From assembly GCA_965223865.1 (NCBI GenBank), contig OZ245020.1, positions 1,504,001 through 1,568,000 on the forward strand: 64,000 bases of DNA, given 5' to 3'. This document shows, piece by piece, positions 40,988 to 51,438 of this stretch (within the stretch, counting starts at the first letter, position 1; every line of letters starts with the position of its first letter). Under the pieces are notes generated by a model that had not been told where the DNA came from, ran no database searches, and saw only the letters and a list, made by a program, of their open reading frames with translations. The position numbers were made by a program, and so were the translations under genes. The stretch comes from Nitrosarchaeum sp. GTDB taxonomy: Archaea; Thermoproteota; Nitrososphaeria; Nitrososphaerales; Nitrosopumilaceae.

Positions 40988-41551
40988 CTATGGGATTGCT
41001 CTGCTGTACAATTTGCCTTCTAAAGCCATCTTGTACATTTCTGCAACATATGGATTCTCACCAGGAGTTTCTGCACCAAGTTCTACGAGTCTAGCATATA
41101 CTCTGACTACGTATGCTAATGCACCCATGAATGCAACTACCACACCCATGTTAAACATCCAGTGATTTGGAACTGCAAAGATTTCCTCTACGAACCAAAA
41201 GTGCCACATCTCATTGACTCCAATTGTAAACATGGTTGCAAGGTAACCAAGAATGGTCATCTTCAATCCAGTGTTAATTGAGTTATTTGGACCTCTAAGA
41301 ACTGGAACTTTTCTATCATACATAGCTGCTGCTGCCCATCCAAGAGGTAATGTAATGAAGTGGGAGTATAGCCACCAGTGTGCTGGTGTAAATGCACTAT
41401 CTCTGATAGAGGTTTGATGTAAAGAACCATCAACGAAGTTGTCTACTTCGACTGATGCTGCAGTGGATCCCATAGCAATAACGATGAGCCAGATTTTCTT
41501 TAGTCTCTGAATCTCAACTTCTTTTGGGATTAATGCGGGCATCTGTGCCAT
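40988..41551 (-). CDS. amoC: ammonia monooxygenase subunit C, stand-alone copy
   Basis: MAQMPALIPKEVEIQ start; DGSLHQ...RDSAFTPAH metal site; NEMWHFWFVEEIFAVPNHW. Confidence 0.97.
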   Translation of the reverse strand: MAQMPALIPKEVEIQRLKKIWLIVIAMGSTAASVEVDNFVDGSLHQTSIRDSAFTPAHWWLYSHFITLPLGWAAAAMYDRKVPVLRGPNNSINTGLKMTILGYLATMFTIGVNEMWHFWFVEEIFAVPNHWMFNMGVVVAFMGALAYVVRVYARLVELGAETPGENPYVAEMYKMALEGKLYSRAIP

Positions 41552-41967
41552 GGTATTAATCAAGTAAATTCGGAATATAAAGAGAAAGATAAAAAATTTA
41601 CAAATTCTTTTCAAGATTTACATCAATTATTAAGAAAATTTTTAGAAATTTTTACTAATTAAAACTCAATTATAAAATAATTAGATGGTTTAGACATGGC
41701 AATCAATTGTTAAGCATTAATGTTAAACAAACAAGTTCAACATTTTTTTACCAAATGCATGAGTCTGGCATGACAATCATCGATAGTTAGACAAAAGATG
41801 GTAATGAGATTTTTTATCATTATTTGGTTGATCAGAGTTTGGTAGATATTATGTTAGTTTGTGCATTTATTTCAATTTCTGTAATAATGTGCTCAGGAAT
41901 TCTAAGAGAAACAGTTCTTGATGTATGTCTTTTTTCTTTTTTTGTACTCTATGGTTTTAACAAATCA

Positions 41968-42478
41968 CTAAAGCATTAATTCTATTTTCCTAAAAATCAA
42001 AATATGTAATAAAATATTCATCTTCCAGCAAATCCTGACCACTGCTCTTAGAATCTCAATTATCTTCCAAGCAAATCTGTCAATATTGATGTTTGGTTCT
42101 GCAATTATTGCTATTGCATTTTTGTATATCGGAAAACTCATTATCACGACATCTTCTCGACGCGATGCTGAATACTTTACCCGCCCAAGATCATTATCAT
42201 GCTTTTTTCTTTTTGACACTGGCAGATATCTCTTTGAGTATATCATCTAGATACACTTGACTTAACAAAGTCTGCCTTCTTGCTTTCTTATCTCCTAAAA
42301 AGCCACCTGCGACTATCTTGCCAGATTCGTTTATCATTGCAGCAAATCTTATGTATTGCATTTTCAGTATTTTTTTGCATTTTTGGCCATACATCTCTTG
42401 GTACATGTTATTGTAGGAAGGTTCTTTTTTCAGACTAAATGAAGTTCTTGGTTCTTCTTCTACTAATGTCATTATCAA
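41968..42478 (-). pseudogene. frameshifted DUF6659-like gene
   Basis: IRFAAMINESGKIVAGG and LGRVKYSASRREDVVIMSFP lie in different overlapping frames. Confidence 0.7.
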
Positions 42479-42723
42479 CCCTTCAAGAAGAATACCAAGG
42501 CTGCAATACCGACAACAATGCCTATGAAAATCAGCGTATTTCTTGTTGAATAATTTCTTATCAGTTCGCTCATCATTCTAACACCCCTATAATCTACCCA
42601 AAAATAGATTAATAAGACATTCATAAAAAATATTTTAAATTTATTTAGTATTAATGATTAAATTCAACCATTTATTAAGTAAAAATTGAAATTACTTATA
42701 ATATTGTTTTGCCTCGTCTCTGT

Positions 42724-42891
42724 ATGATGTACAAACTATCATTCAAAGAAAATGACGACAATAACGATGATTACTATACTGACTGCCAACGATGTCATAA
42801 TCCGTTGCCTCACTGTCATTGCACATGTCCATACTGTGGGGAGCGTGACGAATGCGAATGTGCATTGTTTGATGCAGCTACTGGAGGATAA
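42724..42891 (+). CDS. Cys-rich small protein
   Basis: CQRC...[10 protein letters not shown]...CEC...DAATGG. Confidence 0.75.
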   Translation: MMYKLSFKENDDNNDDYYTDCQRCHNPLPHCHCTCPYCGERDECECALFDAATGG

Positions 42892-42899
42892 ACAACAGT

Positions 42900-43865
42900 A
42901 TGGCTCTAAAGATGTCAGATTACAAGACAAGCGTACATAATGACTGGTGTCCAGGATGTGGGGATTTTGGAATTCTCAATGCAATTCAGATGGCATTGGC
43001 AAAATTGCAGATAAAAAGAGATAAGGCCGTAATTTTTTCTGGAATTGGATGTTCAGGAAAGACCTCCCATTTTGTAAATGTCAACGGGGTCCACTTTCCG
43101 CATGGAAGATTGCTGACTGCTGCACAGGGAGCAAAAATTTGTAACCCAGAGCTTACGGTAATTGGCACTGCAGGAGACGGAGATGGTTTGGGAATTGGGG
43201 CAGGTCATTTTGTTGCTGCAGGACGGCGAAACATCGACATTACCTACCTTATCTTTGATAATGGGGTTTATGGTTTAACCAAGGGACAGGCATCACCAAC
43301 GCTAAAGCTAGGAGAAAAGACAAAGTCTCTTGAAAATCCAAATCCAAATTATGGTGTTAATCCAATTGGCCTTGCACTAGCAAGTGGATATACATTTGTC
43401 GCACGTAGCTACTCCTACAGCATGAAGCATCTTGTAGATGTCATAATGAAAGGAATAAAACACAAGGGTCTTTCTTTCATCCAGGTTTTACAGCCATGCC
43501 CTACCTACAATGATGTCAATACGAGGGATTGGTATGCAGGGTTAGACAACACGGATCCCAAAACCAACAAGTCCATACCAAGAATATACGAGCTTGAACA
43601 GACAGGATATGAACCGGTTGTAAGACAAAATACTCGGTTAGAACTGCATGAAAAACTAACTCAGGCATTAGTCAGATCACTAGAGTGGTGAGACAAGATT
43701 CCAACTGGAGTGTTCTACCAAAATCCATTCATTTCAACATATGACAGAAGAATTGAGGAAATCATTCCAAATTACATCGAAAATCCTCCAACAAAGCAGA
43801 GAATCGAAGATAGTGGAAGAACATTGACATCTGTTTCCAAACTGCTCGATTCGTTGAAAGTTTAA
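42900..43865 (+). pseudogene. 2-oxoacid:ferredoxin oxidoreductase beta subunit with in-frame TGA
   Basis: WCPGCGD, GIGCSG, GDGD, YGLTKGQ, QPCPTYN; reading continues EW*DKIPTGVFYQN to TAA at 43865. Confidence 0.85.
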
Positions 43866-44277
43866 AATTTTGAAGAGAAGATAAATTTTGTGCTACCAGT
43901 ATTCTTGATATGTGCAAATAACATTCAGATCCTGCTTGTTCTACCGTTTAATTTTAGATATTCCCGTAATTCTGAGAGAGACTTGAATTTGTCATACTCA
44001 TTGGGTTGTTATAACAGCATCCTTTAATTTTTTTCCTAAAAACATTTCTGTTTGATTACAGAAATTATTATCAATAGTCACGCTAATAGTCTAGAGCCGC
44101 AACATCTTAATCCTCAATAAATTGTGGATTTTAATTGTCCAGACAATCTTTAATAAAAAAATTTCAGAGATCCTTGAAAGATGTGATATTAAAAAGATGA
44201 TAAAATTCTAACATTTCTTGAAATCAATAATGAGAATATCAGTGGTAGTTTAAAGAATGCCAATCTTACTTTTAAGT

Positions 44278-44592
44278 ATGAAAAAACTTGAAGTGATTGT
44301 TCGGCCTGAACTAAAAGACAAGACTGTTTCTGCAATCAAAAAGAAGGGAGTTGGAGGGGTTACTACCTATCCTGTACAAGGTCTGGGCTCTGAAGACCCA
44401 CCACTGGTGGGCCAGTACTTTTCTAAAGACAAGATAATCTGTATTGTTGATGATCCTAAAGTAGATGGCATTCTTGATGCAATTGCTAATGTAGCATGCA
44501 CAGGTGAAAAAGGAGATGGTAAAGTCTTTGTAGTTCCTGTAGAAGATGCGCTTGACATTTGTACAAAGAAGCGTGGAATAGATTCTATCTAA
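44278..44592 (+). CDS. P-II family signal protein with short T-loop
   Basis: MKKLEVIVRP...TGEKGDGKVFVVPVEDA. Confidence 0.88.
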   Translation: MKKLEVIVRPELKDKTVSAIKKKGVGGVTTYPVQGLGSEDPPLVGQYFSKDKIICIVDDPKVDGILDAIANVACTGEKGDGKVFVVPVEDALDICTKKRGIDSI

Positions 44593-44792
44593 TTATGCAA
44601 AAAGATCAAGCATCATAAATGCCAGGCCAAAGATAATCATAGTCAAAAGGTATGGGACAAGAAATGAACCCACACCGTTTGTTCCCACAAGATATTGAAA
44701 TCACCATATGTTGCCAATCCTACAGCAGAGTAAATTGCTGCAAGCAAAAATTCCCAATATGACTGCCAGTGTTCTCTGTATGTTTATCTCAT
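44593..44792 (-). pseudogene. N-terminal remnant of an NSS/SNF sodium-dependent transporter
   Basis: REHW...FLLAAI.SAVGL then frameshift GNIW*FQYLVGTNG.GSFLVPY. Confidence 0.7.
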
Positions 44793-44841
44793 TTTTCTAT
44801 TGAGAAAATAATACAATATACCAAATTTGATAATCGTATAT

Positions 44842-45279
44842 TCATTTTGTACCTTTGGTAATCAGTACGGGGCACTTTGCATGTCCTAGCACTCCATTTG
44901 CAACACTTCCCAAAACAATCTTTCTAAAACCGGTTCTTCCATGAGAACCCATTACAATAAGATCAATTCTGTTGGCATCTGCAAAAGACACTATTCCATC
45001 TGAAGACGAGGGATTGTGAACTACCTTAATTGAGAGCTGTACGTTTTTGGCTTTTGCCTGATCTTCTAGTTTTTTGAGCATGGAAGTGGCAATATCTTCT
45101 TCTTCATCCTGGATTTCTTGCATTCGCGTAATAGAAATTCCAGTCGAATCAGACACCTTGGATTGTATGACAGTCATTACTATTAGTTTGGATTCAAACT
45201 TTGCTGCAATCTCCAGTGCTTTCTCAAATGCCTTTTGGGAATATCCAGAACCATCAAATGGTACAAGAATCTTTTTCAA
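44842..45279 (-). CDS. universal stress protein
   Basis: KILVPFDGS...DLIVMGSHGRTG...LGSVA. Confidence 0.95.
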   Translation of the reverse strand: MKKILVPFDGSGYSQKAFEKALEIAAKFESKLIVMTVIQSKVSDSTGISITRMQEIQDEEEDIATSMLKKLEDQAKAKNVQLSIKVVHNPSSSDGIVSFADANRIDLIVMGSHGRTGFRKIVLGSVANGVLGHAKCPVLITKGTK

Positions 45280-45326
45280 TATGAAACGAGATAGACTTTC
45301 TAGAATTTATATCCTGTAATTGATTT

Positions 45327-46643
45327 TCAGGTTGAATGTTCTTTAAGCCACTTGCCGACTTCTGGCCAAAGTTTTTTGTAAGCCGTCTTGCTAATACACA
45401 GCCCTACATGACCTGTTGGAAATTCCAGAGTTTTCTTGTCATTACTAGAAATAACATCAGTTATTGTTCTGCTTGATTCTGCAGAAACCAGATCATCGTT
45501 TGTTCCAACTATGTTCAACACGGGCATGGTAATTTTTTTGAGGTCTATCAGCTTATTTCCTAGCATCATCTTGTTTTGAATCAACAGATTATTTTTGTAA
45601 ATGTCATTTATGATCTGCTCAAAAGCCTTTCCAATGATTGGCACACTGTCATAAAGCCAAGACTCTACTGCTAAAAACTGTTTAATTTCGTTTGCACTTC
45701 TAGGCTGGCTAAAGTAAAAGAAATACTTGGAGGCAGCTTCCAGTGGATTGCGCAACCAGAATGCGATATTGAGAAACGATGATGGGACATTTCCAAACGT
45801 ATCTACAAACTTTTTGACATCAAGTTCTCTGATCCATGACTCAAGTACTGTTGGAGATTTATCAAAATCAGCTGGTGTTGCATGCAGAACAAGACTCTTT
45901 ACGTCTTTTGGGTGTAATGCAGAATAAATCAAAGACAGTATTCCGCCCCAGCAGTACCCAAACAGAATCACATTTCTAGAACCTGTAATTTCTTCTACCT
46001 TGTCTACTGCATTTTCAAGATAGTCATGTGCATAGCTTGCAAGCGACATGTTCTCCTCCTTGGCTGTGGGCATTCTCCAGTCAGTAGCGTACACATCAAA
46101 TCCTAGCTGTTGGAATTGTCTTATTACACTTGTTTGTGGAAGCAAATCCAGTATGTAGTGCCTGTTTATCAAGGAACCTACCACCAAAATTGGTGTCTTG
46201 AATTTTTGTGGCGAGTCTGTTTTGTAATGATGAACCTCGAATCTTCCCTTCATCGGGATTACCTCAGAAGGTGTTCGATTTATCGCATCTCTGACAGGTT
46301 CTACTATATTATCATAATTATAGATTACATTTTCAAGATGCTTGTATAATTTATCATGATGTATTGAAGTGGCAAATCTTGTGTATGATTTAATAAAATT
46401 TGATAGTGTTTTTGAAAAATCAGATTTTTTTAAATGATTTTGTATTTCAGCGTCAAAAATGCCTCTAACCTCGTCTTGAATCTTTTTGCCAGTAGGTTCT
46501 TCTAAATTGGAAACACGTTCTACAGCTTTGGACCAAGAATGAAAAAGTGCCATACTATATTGCATTTGAAGATTCAACGAGTTTGAAAGAAAGTTATCGT
46601 AAAGTGAAAATACATTATCAGAAATATTCTTCGAGTCTGTCAA
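45327..46643 (-). CDS. phaC: class III poly(hydroxyalkanoate) synthase with long helical N-terminal extension
   Basis: TP, PILVV.SLINR.YILDL, DW, lipase box GYCWGG, D (GTNDDLV), H (TGHVG). Confidence 0.85.
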   Translation of the reverse strand: MTDSKNISDNVFSLYDNFLSNSLNLQMQYSMALFHSWSKAVERVSNLEEPTGKKIQDEVRGIFDAEIQNHLKKSDFSKTLSNFIKSYTRFATSIHHDKLYKHLENVIYNYDNIVEPVRDAINRTPSEVIPMKGRFEVHHYKTDSPQKFKTPILVVGSLINRHYILDLLPQTSVIRQFQQLGFDVYATDWRMPTAKEENMSLASYAHDYLENAVDKVEEITGSRNVILFGYCWGGILSLIYSALHPKDVKSLVLHATPADFDKSPTVLESWIRELDVKKFVDTFGNVPSSFLNIAFWLRNPLEAASKYFFYFSQPRSANEIKQFLAVESWLYDSVPIIGKAFEQIINDIYKNNLLIQNKMMLGNKLIDLKKITMPVLNIVGTNDDLVSAESSRTITDVISSNDKKTLEFPTGHVGLCISKTAYKKLWPEVGKWLKEHST

Positions 46644-46745
46644 TTCCTACTGCTACTACGAATTATCAATATAATGTTATTTCTTATTGCCAAGCTTGAC
46701 TTTGGTTTAATAATCTAATTATCCAGTTCTTTGTAGAATATCATA

Positions 46746-49487
46746 TTGCAAGATACATCAAAAACAGAGTGGCATACATTGACAGAAGAGCAGATTGCAA
46801 CGATGCTAAGTGTCGATACTGAAAAAGGCCTTAGTACAGATGAGGCAAGCAACAGACTGCAAAAGTTTGGACCAAATACAATATCTGTAAAAAAAGAGCA
46901 AAGTTCTGTAATTTCGTTTCTTTTGCAGTTCAAGCAGCCACTGGTTTTGATTCTGATAATAGCTGGTTCCATAACTGCAATGCTGCAAGAGTGGGTTGAT
47001 ACTGGGGTAATTTTTGGTGTAGTCATAGCCAATGCGACAATTGGTTTTATTCAGGAACACAAGGCAAGTAGGGCAATTCAGGCCCTTGCGCAAATTGTAA
47101 AAACTGAAAATGTTGTAATAAGAAATGGCGAGAAGACAAGACTGCTCTCATACGAGATCGTTCCAGGAGATGTGGTTCAGCTGCGTTCAGGAGACAAGAT
47201 TCCAGCTGATATGAGACTAGTTCACACAAAGGATCTAAAAATTGACGAGTCGGTCTTGACTGGAGAATCAATCTCAGTCCAAAAGCAGACAGAGGTTTTC
47301 CCATCAAGTGCAATGTTGGCAGAACGAAAAAACATGGCTTATGGTGGAACCTTGGTCACCAACGGTTACGGCATTGGAATAGTGGTGGTTACTGGCAATG
47401 AGACTGAGACGGGTAAAATATCTCAGACTATGCGCAAGGCAGAAGAGCTGGAGACGCCCCTAACAAGAAGAATATCTCATTTTAGCAAAAATCTTCTTTT
47501 TGTAATACTTGGCCTGTCTGTTTTGACGTTTGCTTTTGGGATTTTGGTAACTCAAAGATCAGCTACAGAGCTGTTCATGGAGGTAGTTGCTCTGTCAGTG
47601 TCTGTGATTCCTGAAGGACTGCCAGCTGCAATGACCATTACGCTTGCCATAGGCGTAGGATATATGGCAAAAAGGAACTCCATAATCAGAAAACTTCCTG
47701 CAGTAGAGACACTTGGCAGTACCACAATAATCTGCTCAGACAAGACTGGCACCATCACTGAGAACCAGATGACAGTTTCTGAGATTTATGCTGGTGGCAA
47801 ATGTTACGAAGTATCAGGAACCGGTTTTCAACCAATAGGTGAAATCAAACACAATCAAGTTAACGTCAATCTCAATGAACATGAATCATTAAGAGAATGC
47901 CTGATAGCAGGATTGCTCTGCAACGATTCTGAGTTAATTCAAAAAGAGAATCTCTGGGAGGCAAAAGGTGATCCTACAGAGGTTGCCTTAATCACAGCAG
48001 CCCACAAGGCAAACCTAAAACAAACCCTAAAAGAGTCACTCTACAGGATAGATGCCATCCCATTTGAGTCACATCTCCAGTTTATGGCCACACTGCATGA
48101 TGATAATGACAATTCAAACGAAGGGAGAGTAGTCTATGTCAAGGGCTCTGTTGAAAAAATTCTTGCAATGTCAACATTCCAACTAAATGATAATGCAGAA
48201 GATGAATCCTTGACAGAAGACAACATTGCAAAATTGCATGAAACAGCAGACAGTCTGGCATCCAAAGGTCTACGGGTATTGGCATTTGCAAAAAAGAAAA
48301 CGTCAAATCAAAATCATAATGTAGAAATTTCTGATGTGAATACAGGTCTTGTTTTTCTAGGATTTCAGGCAATGATGGATCCACCAAGGCCCGAAGTGAT
48401 TGAAGCCATAAAAAAATGCCAGAACGCTGGAATACGTGTAAAAATGATAACAGGGGATAATCTAAAGACTGCAATTAGCATAGGCAAACAAATTGGTCTG
48501 AATCAAACATCTACAAAAAATAAATTGGACATAACTGCAATTACAGGCAAAGAACTGCAAGAGCACTCAGAAAAAGACCTGGCAGAAATTGCAAACAAAA
48601 CAGATGTGTTTGCAAGAGTCTTGCCAGAACAAAAATTTTCCTTGGTAAAGGCACTTCAATCCAAAGGAAACATAGTTGCCATGACCGGTGACGGAGTAAA
48701 TGATGCGTCTGCATTAAAGCAGGCAGATGTGGGAATCGCAATGGGAATAACTGGAACCGAGGTTGCAAAGGAGGCATCAGATGTGATTTTAACTGACGAT
48801 AACTTTGCATCAATCGAGGCAGCAGTCGAAGAGGGAAGAAGAATCTTAGATACTCTAATCAAGTTCATCGTCTGGACTCTTCCTACGAACTTTGGTGAGG
48901 GTTTGGTCGTATTGGCATCGATATTTGCTGGCATGCTGATGCCAATTCTGCCTGTTCAGATTTTATGGATCAACATGACTACTGCTTTGGCATTAGGGAT
49001 GATGCTCATCTTTGAGCCAAAAGAGTCCGACGTTATGGAACGGCCTCCTAGAAAACCACACTCTCCAATTCTTACAAGAGATCTGATAGTTCAGATAATC
49101 GTTGTTAGTGCATGCATTCTGATTTCAGTATATGGTCTGTTTGAGTGGTCAATTGCAGATGGCAGCACTGAAGATGAGGCAAGAACAATTGCAGTAAATA
49201 CAATTGTCATGATTGAGTTGTTCTATCTCTTTAATTGTAGATCTCTAACTAAATCCATTTTAAGAATAGGATTTTTTTCAAACAAGTTGATTTTTCTTGG
49301 AGTTGCAGTCATGATTCTATTGCAGATTACCTTCACGTATGTTCCAACAATGAATGAGATTTTCCATAGTCATCCAATTGGAATTGAATCATGGATGAAA
49401 ATAATTGGAGTGTCTCTTGTTGTTTTTATTATAATTGAATTCAAGAAATTCATTAGCAATAAAATACACTTGGTTCAGAAAACATAG
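46746..49487 (+). CDS. P-type IIA cation-transporting ATPase (CtpF-like)
   Basis: TGES, PEGL, DKTGT, KGS, DPPR, TGDN, GDGVND, WTLPTN, QILWIN. Confidence 0.93.
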   Translation: MQDTSKTEWHTLTEEQIATMLSVDTEKGLSTDEASNRLQKFGPNTISVKKEQSSVISFLLQFKQPLVLILIIAGSITAMLQEWVDTGVIFGVVIANATIGFIQEHKASRAIQALAQIVKTENVVIRNGEKTRLLSYEIVPGDVVQLRSGDKIPADMRLVHTKDLKIDESVLTGESISVQKQTEVFPSSAMLAERKNMAYGGTLVTNGYGIGIVVVTGNETETGKISQTMRKAEELETPLTRRISHFSKNLLFVILGLSVLTFAFGILVTQRSATELFMEVVALSVSVIPEGLPAAMTITLAIGVGYMAKRNSIIRKLPAVETLGSTTIICSDKTGTITENQMTVSEIYAGGKCYEVSGTGFQPIGEIKHNQVNVNLNEHESLRECLIAGLLCNDSELIQKENLWEAKGDPTEVALITAAHKANLKQTLKESLYRIDAIPFESHLQFMATLHDDNDNSNEGRVVYVKGSVEKILAMSTFQLNDNAEDESLTEDNIAKLHETADSLASKGLRVLAFAKKKTSNQNHNVEISDVNTGLVFLGFQAMMDPPRPEVIEAIKKCQNAGIRVKMITGDNLKTAISIGKQIGLNQTSTKNKLDITAITGKELQEHSEKDLAEIANKTDVFARVLPEQKFSLVKALQSKGNIVAMTGDGVNDASALKQADVGIAMGITGTEVAKEASDVILTDDNFASIEAAVEEGRRILDTLIKFIVWTLPTNFGEGLVVLASIFAGMLMPILPVQILWINMTTALALGMMLIFEPKESDVMERPPRKPHSPILTRDLIVQIIVVSACILISVYGLFEWSIADGSTEDEARTIAVNTIVMIELFYLFNCRSLTKSILRIGFFSNKLIFLGVAVMILLQITFTYVPTMNEIFHSHPIGIESWMKIIGVSLVVFIIIEFKKFISNKIHLVQKT

Positions 49488-49815
49488 CAGCATCCATACT
49501 TGGATTTTTTAGTTGAGATGTTATCAAAGAACGACTCTAAAATTATCTATACATGTTGCTAATGTTAATTAGTGTAACAAGACATGTATGTTTTTAATCA
49601 TTTTCATGATGATAATGCACATATGTTTGATTACAGTTAATTGAATTTTTTCTTATTCTCCAAAACAGAATTGACGATCTTCATAAAATCAATATGGTTT
49701 ATTTTATTTGGCATTATTACAAAGACGATACCAGTGAATGTACATATTGAAAGAAACGTCAAGTTACCACTTTCAATCAAAGTATGATTGACTTTAATTA
49801 TTTTAGAATCCAGTA

Positions 49816-50247
49816 TTATTTTACCACCAATACCTGAACCTTTGAATTATTTACTATTCCATGTGCAACGCTTCCAACATAACTTGCCTTTGATGATCCC
49901 AAACCTCTTGAACCTATAACTATGATATCAAATTTGTTCCTTGTTGCAAAGCCAACTATGGTATCTACTGCATTTTTTGATGACGCAATTTTTTCATTGA
50001 ACTCTATTCCATGACGGGCTGCGCTGATCTTGGCCGATTCCATGAACTTTTTTGCTAGTTTGCTCAAGTGTGCCCTGTAAGATTTGACATTTACTTCGTA
50101 TGATGGAGGAAATTCTGGCAGTACATGCATACCGGTAATAATTCCTTGCGATTGCCTTGCAAGCGATATGGCATGGTTTAACCCTCTAATGGAGTTTGGA
50201 GAGCCATCCAGGCCAACAAGTATTTTTTTGAATTTGTTTTGTAACAT
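49816..50247 (-). CDS. universal stress protein
   Basis: KILVGLDGS...IGSRGLG...GSVA; ATG at 50247 fits the promoter position. Confidence 0.93.
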   Translation of the reverse strand: MLQNKFKKILVGLDGSPNSIRGLNHAISLARQSQGIITGMHVLPEFPPSYEVNVKSYRAHLSKLAKKFMESAKISAARHGIEFNEKIASSKNAVDTIVGFATRNKFDIIVIGSRGLGSSKASYVGSVAHGIVNNSKVQVLVVK

Positions 50248-50402
50248 AAATACAGATCGAATTAGCAAGATAATAGCATAAGCATAAATCTCAACATGGA
50301 ATCTGGCCCTATCTTTCTCATGTATTGCCACCTGCAAACCAGATCATTTCATTTTGCTTTCCAATGACATGGTAATTTTTCTTCATGTTTCTTGTATTGT
50401 TA

Positions 50403-50879
50403 TTATTCTCTAGATGTTTGCTTGATTATTGAGGCCCAGTAATCAATTAGGTTTTTGTTTATTTTTTCAAAAGATACTGAATTTTTATTGAATGCCTCGA
50501 TATTTTTGGAAAGAATCTCAAGAGATTTGAGCACCAGTTGGTTTTGCAGATTCCAAGACATTGTAGTTTGGTCTGCAAATGACTTTGCAATCTCCATTGT
50601 TGCATCTGAGGAACTGTCGGGATTTATTCCTAGTTGTTCTGATACGGTTTGCTGAAGCAAAAGTGCATGCTCTACATTTTTTTTTCTTGATTCAATTATC
50701 TCTTGTTGAAGATCAGATACTGACTGAAGATAACTTGCAGCGTTTGCCTTTACTTCATTGAGGTATCTAGAAAGGCTGTTTTCAAAAGCGGCATATACGT
50801 CCTGGGAAATTTCTTTGGATTTTGATGATTCTTCTAATTTTTTAGGATGTTGTGGTGATGGGGATGAGGTAACGCTCAA
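50403..50879 (-). CDS. all-helical protein, phasin-like
   Basis: Similar to 18612 (YLQSVSDLQ; NQLV; NIEAFN.N..F..INKN.I..W). Confidence 0.7.
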   Translation of the reverse strand: MSVTSSPSPQHPKKLEESSKSKEISQDVYAAFENSLSRYLNEVKANAASYLQSVSDLQQEIIESRKKNVEHALLLQQTVSEQLGINPDSSSDATMEIAKSFADQTTMSWNLQNQLVLKSLEILSKNIEAFNKNSVSFEKINKNLIDYWASIIKQTSRE

Positions 50880-51438
50880 TTTGGAGAATATAATGTAATT
50901 TTAAAATTTAAAGTTTGACTAGATTTTCATTTTTGGTTTTAATTCAACCAGATGAACTCATCGAATATATTGTATCAATTTTTCAAAAGGCGAATAACAG
51001 TTTTCCAAGTATAGTACAATCCAAAGATCACACAGTTGAGGAGATTGCTCCGGTCAACTTTCCTCTTGGTTGACTGTTATTCAATAGTGTTACAGCAATG
51101 TACCTATTACAGATATTCATAAATTTCAAGAGTGAAAATATTTGATACATTGTGATACATTGTTGCGATATCTCTCAATAGTGAAAATTGTATGTCATGA
51201 TTAAGAAATGCAATAGAATATTGAAAGCGATGAGGATGTAATGCTATTTCTCCGCCATTCATAAAGTGGATTTGAGACGATTTACATTTTTGACCTTGTG
51301 ATGTGCTTCTGACGTATCTTCCTTATTCACTTGGCAGTCCTCATCAGTTTTCATAATTATAATCAGAATAGAATTCATTGTTTTTGTTTGATATTTTCAA
51401 GTTAACCTAACTAAAAATTCCCAATAATTGAGAAAGCA

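Noticed and set aside
41552-41614. N-terminal extensions given by the track for amoC, Usp 49816, wHTH 18230, ArsR 52183 and TFB
   Set aside because: In most cases the extensions run through the TATA region; downstream starts fit the family N-termini better
43689-43691. TGA read as selenocysteine or an alternative genetic code
   Set aside because: The position corresponds to Gly rather than Cys, and many genes in the window end normally at TGA
49684-49722. Third copy of the integrative-element end (AAATCAATATGGTTTATTTTATTT)
   Set aside because: Short AT-rich similarity with no tRNA-like fragment; could be chance
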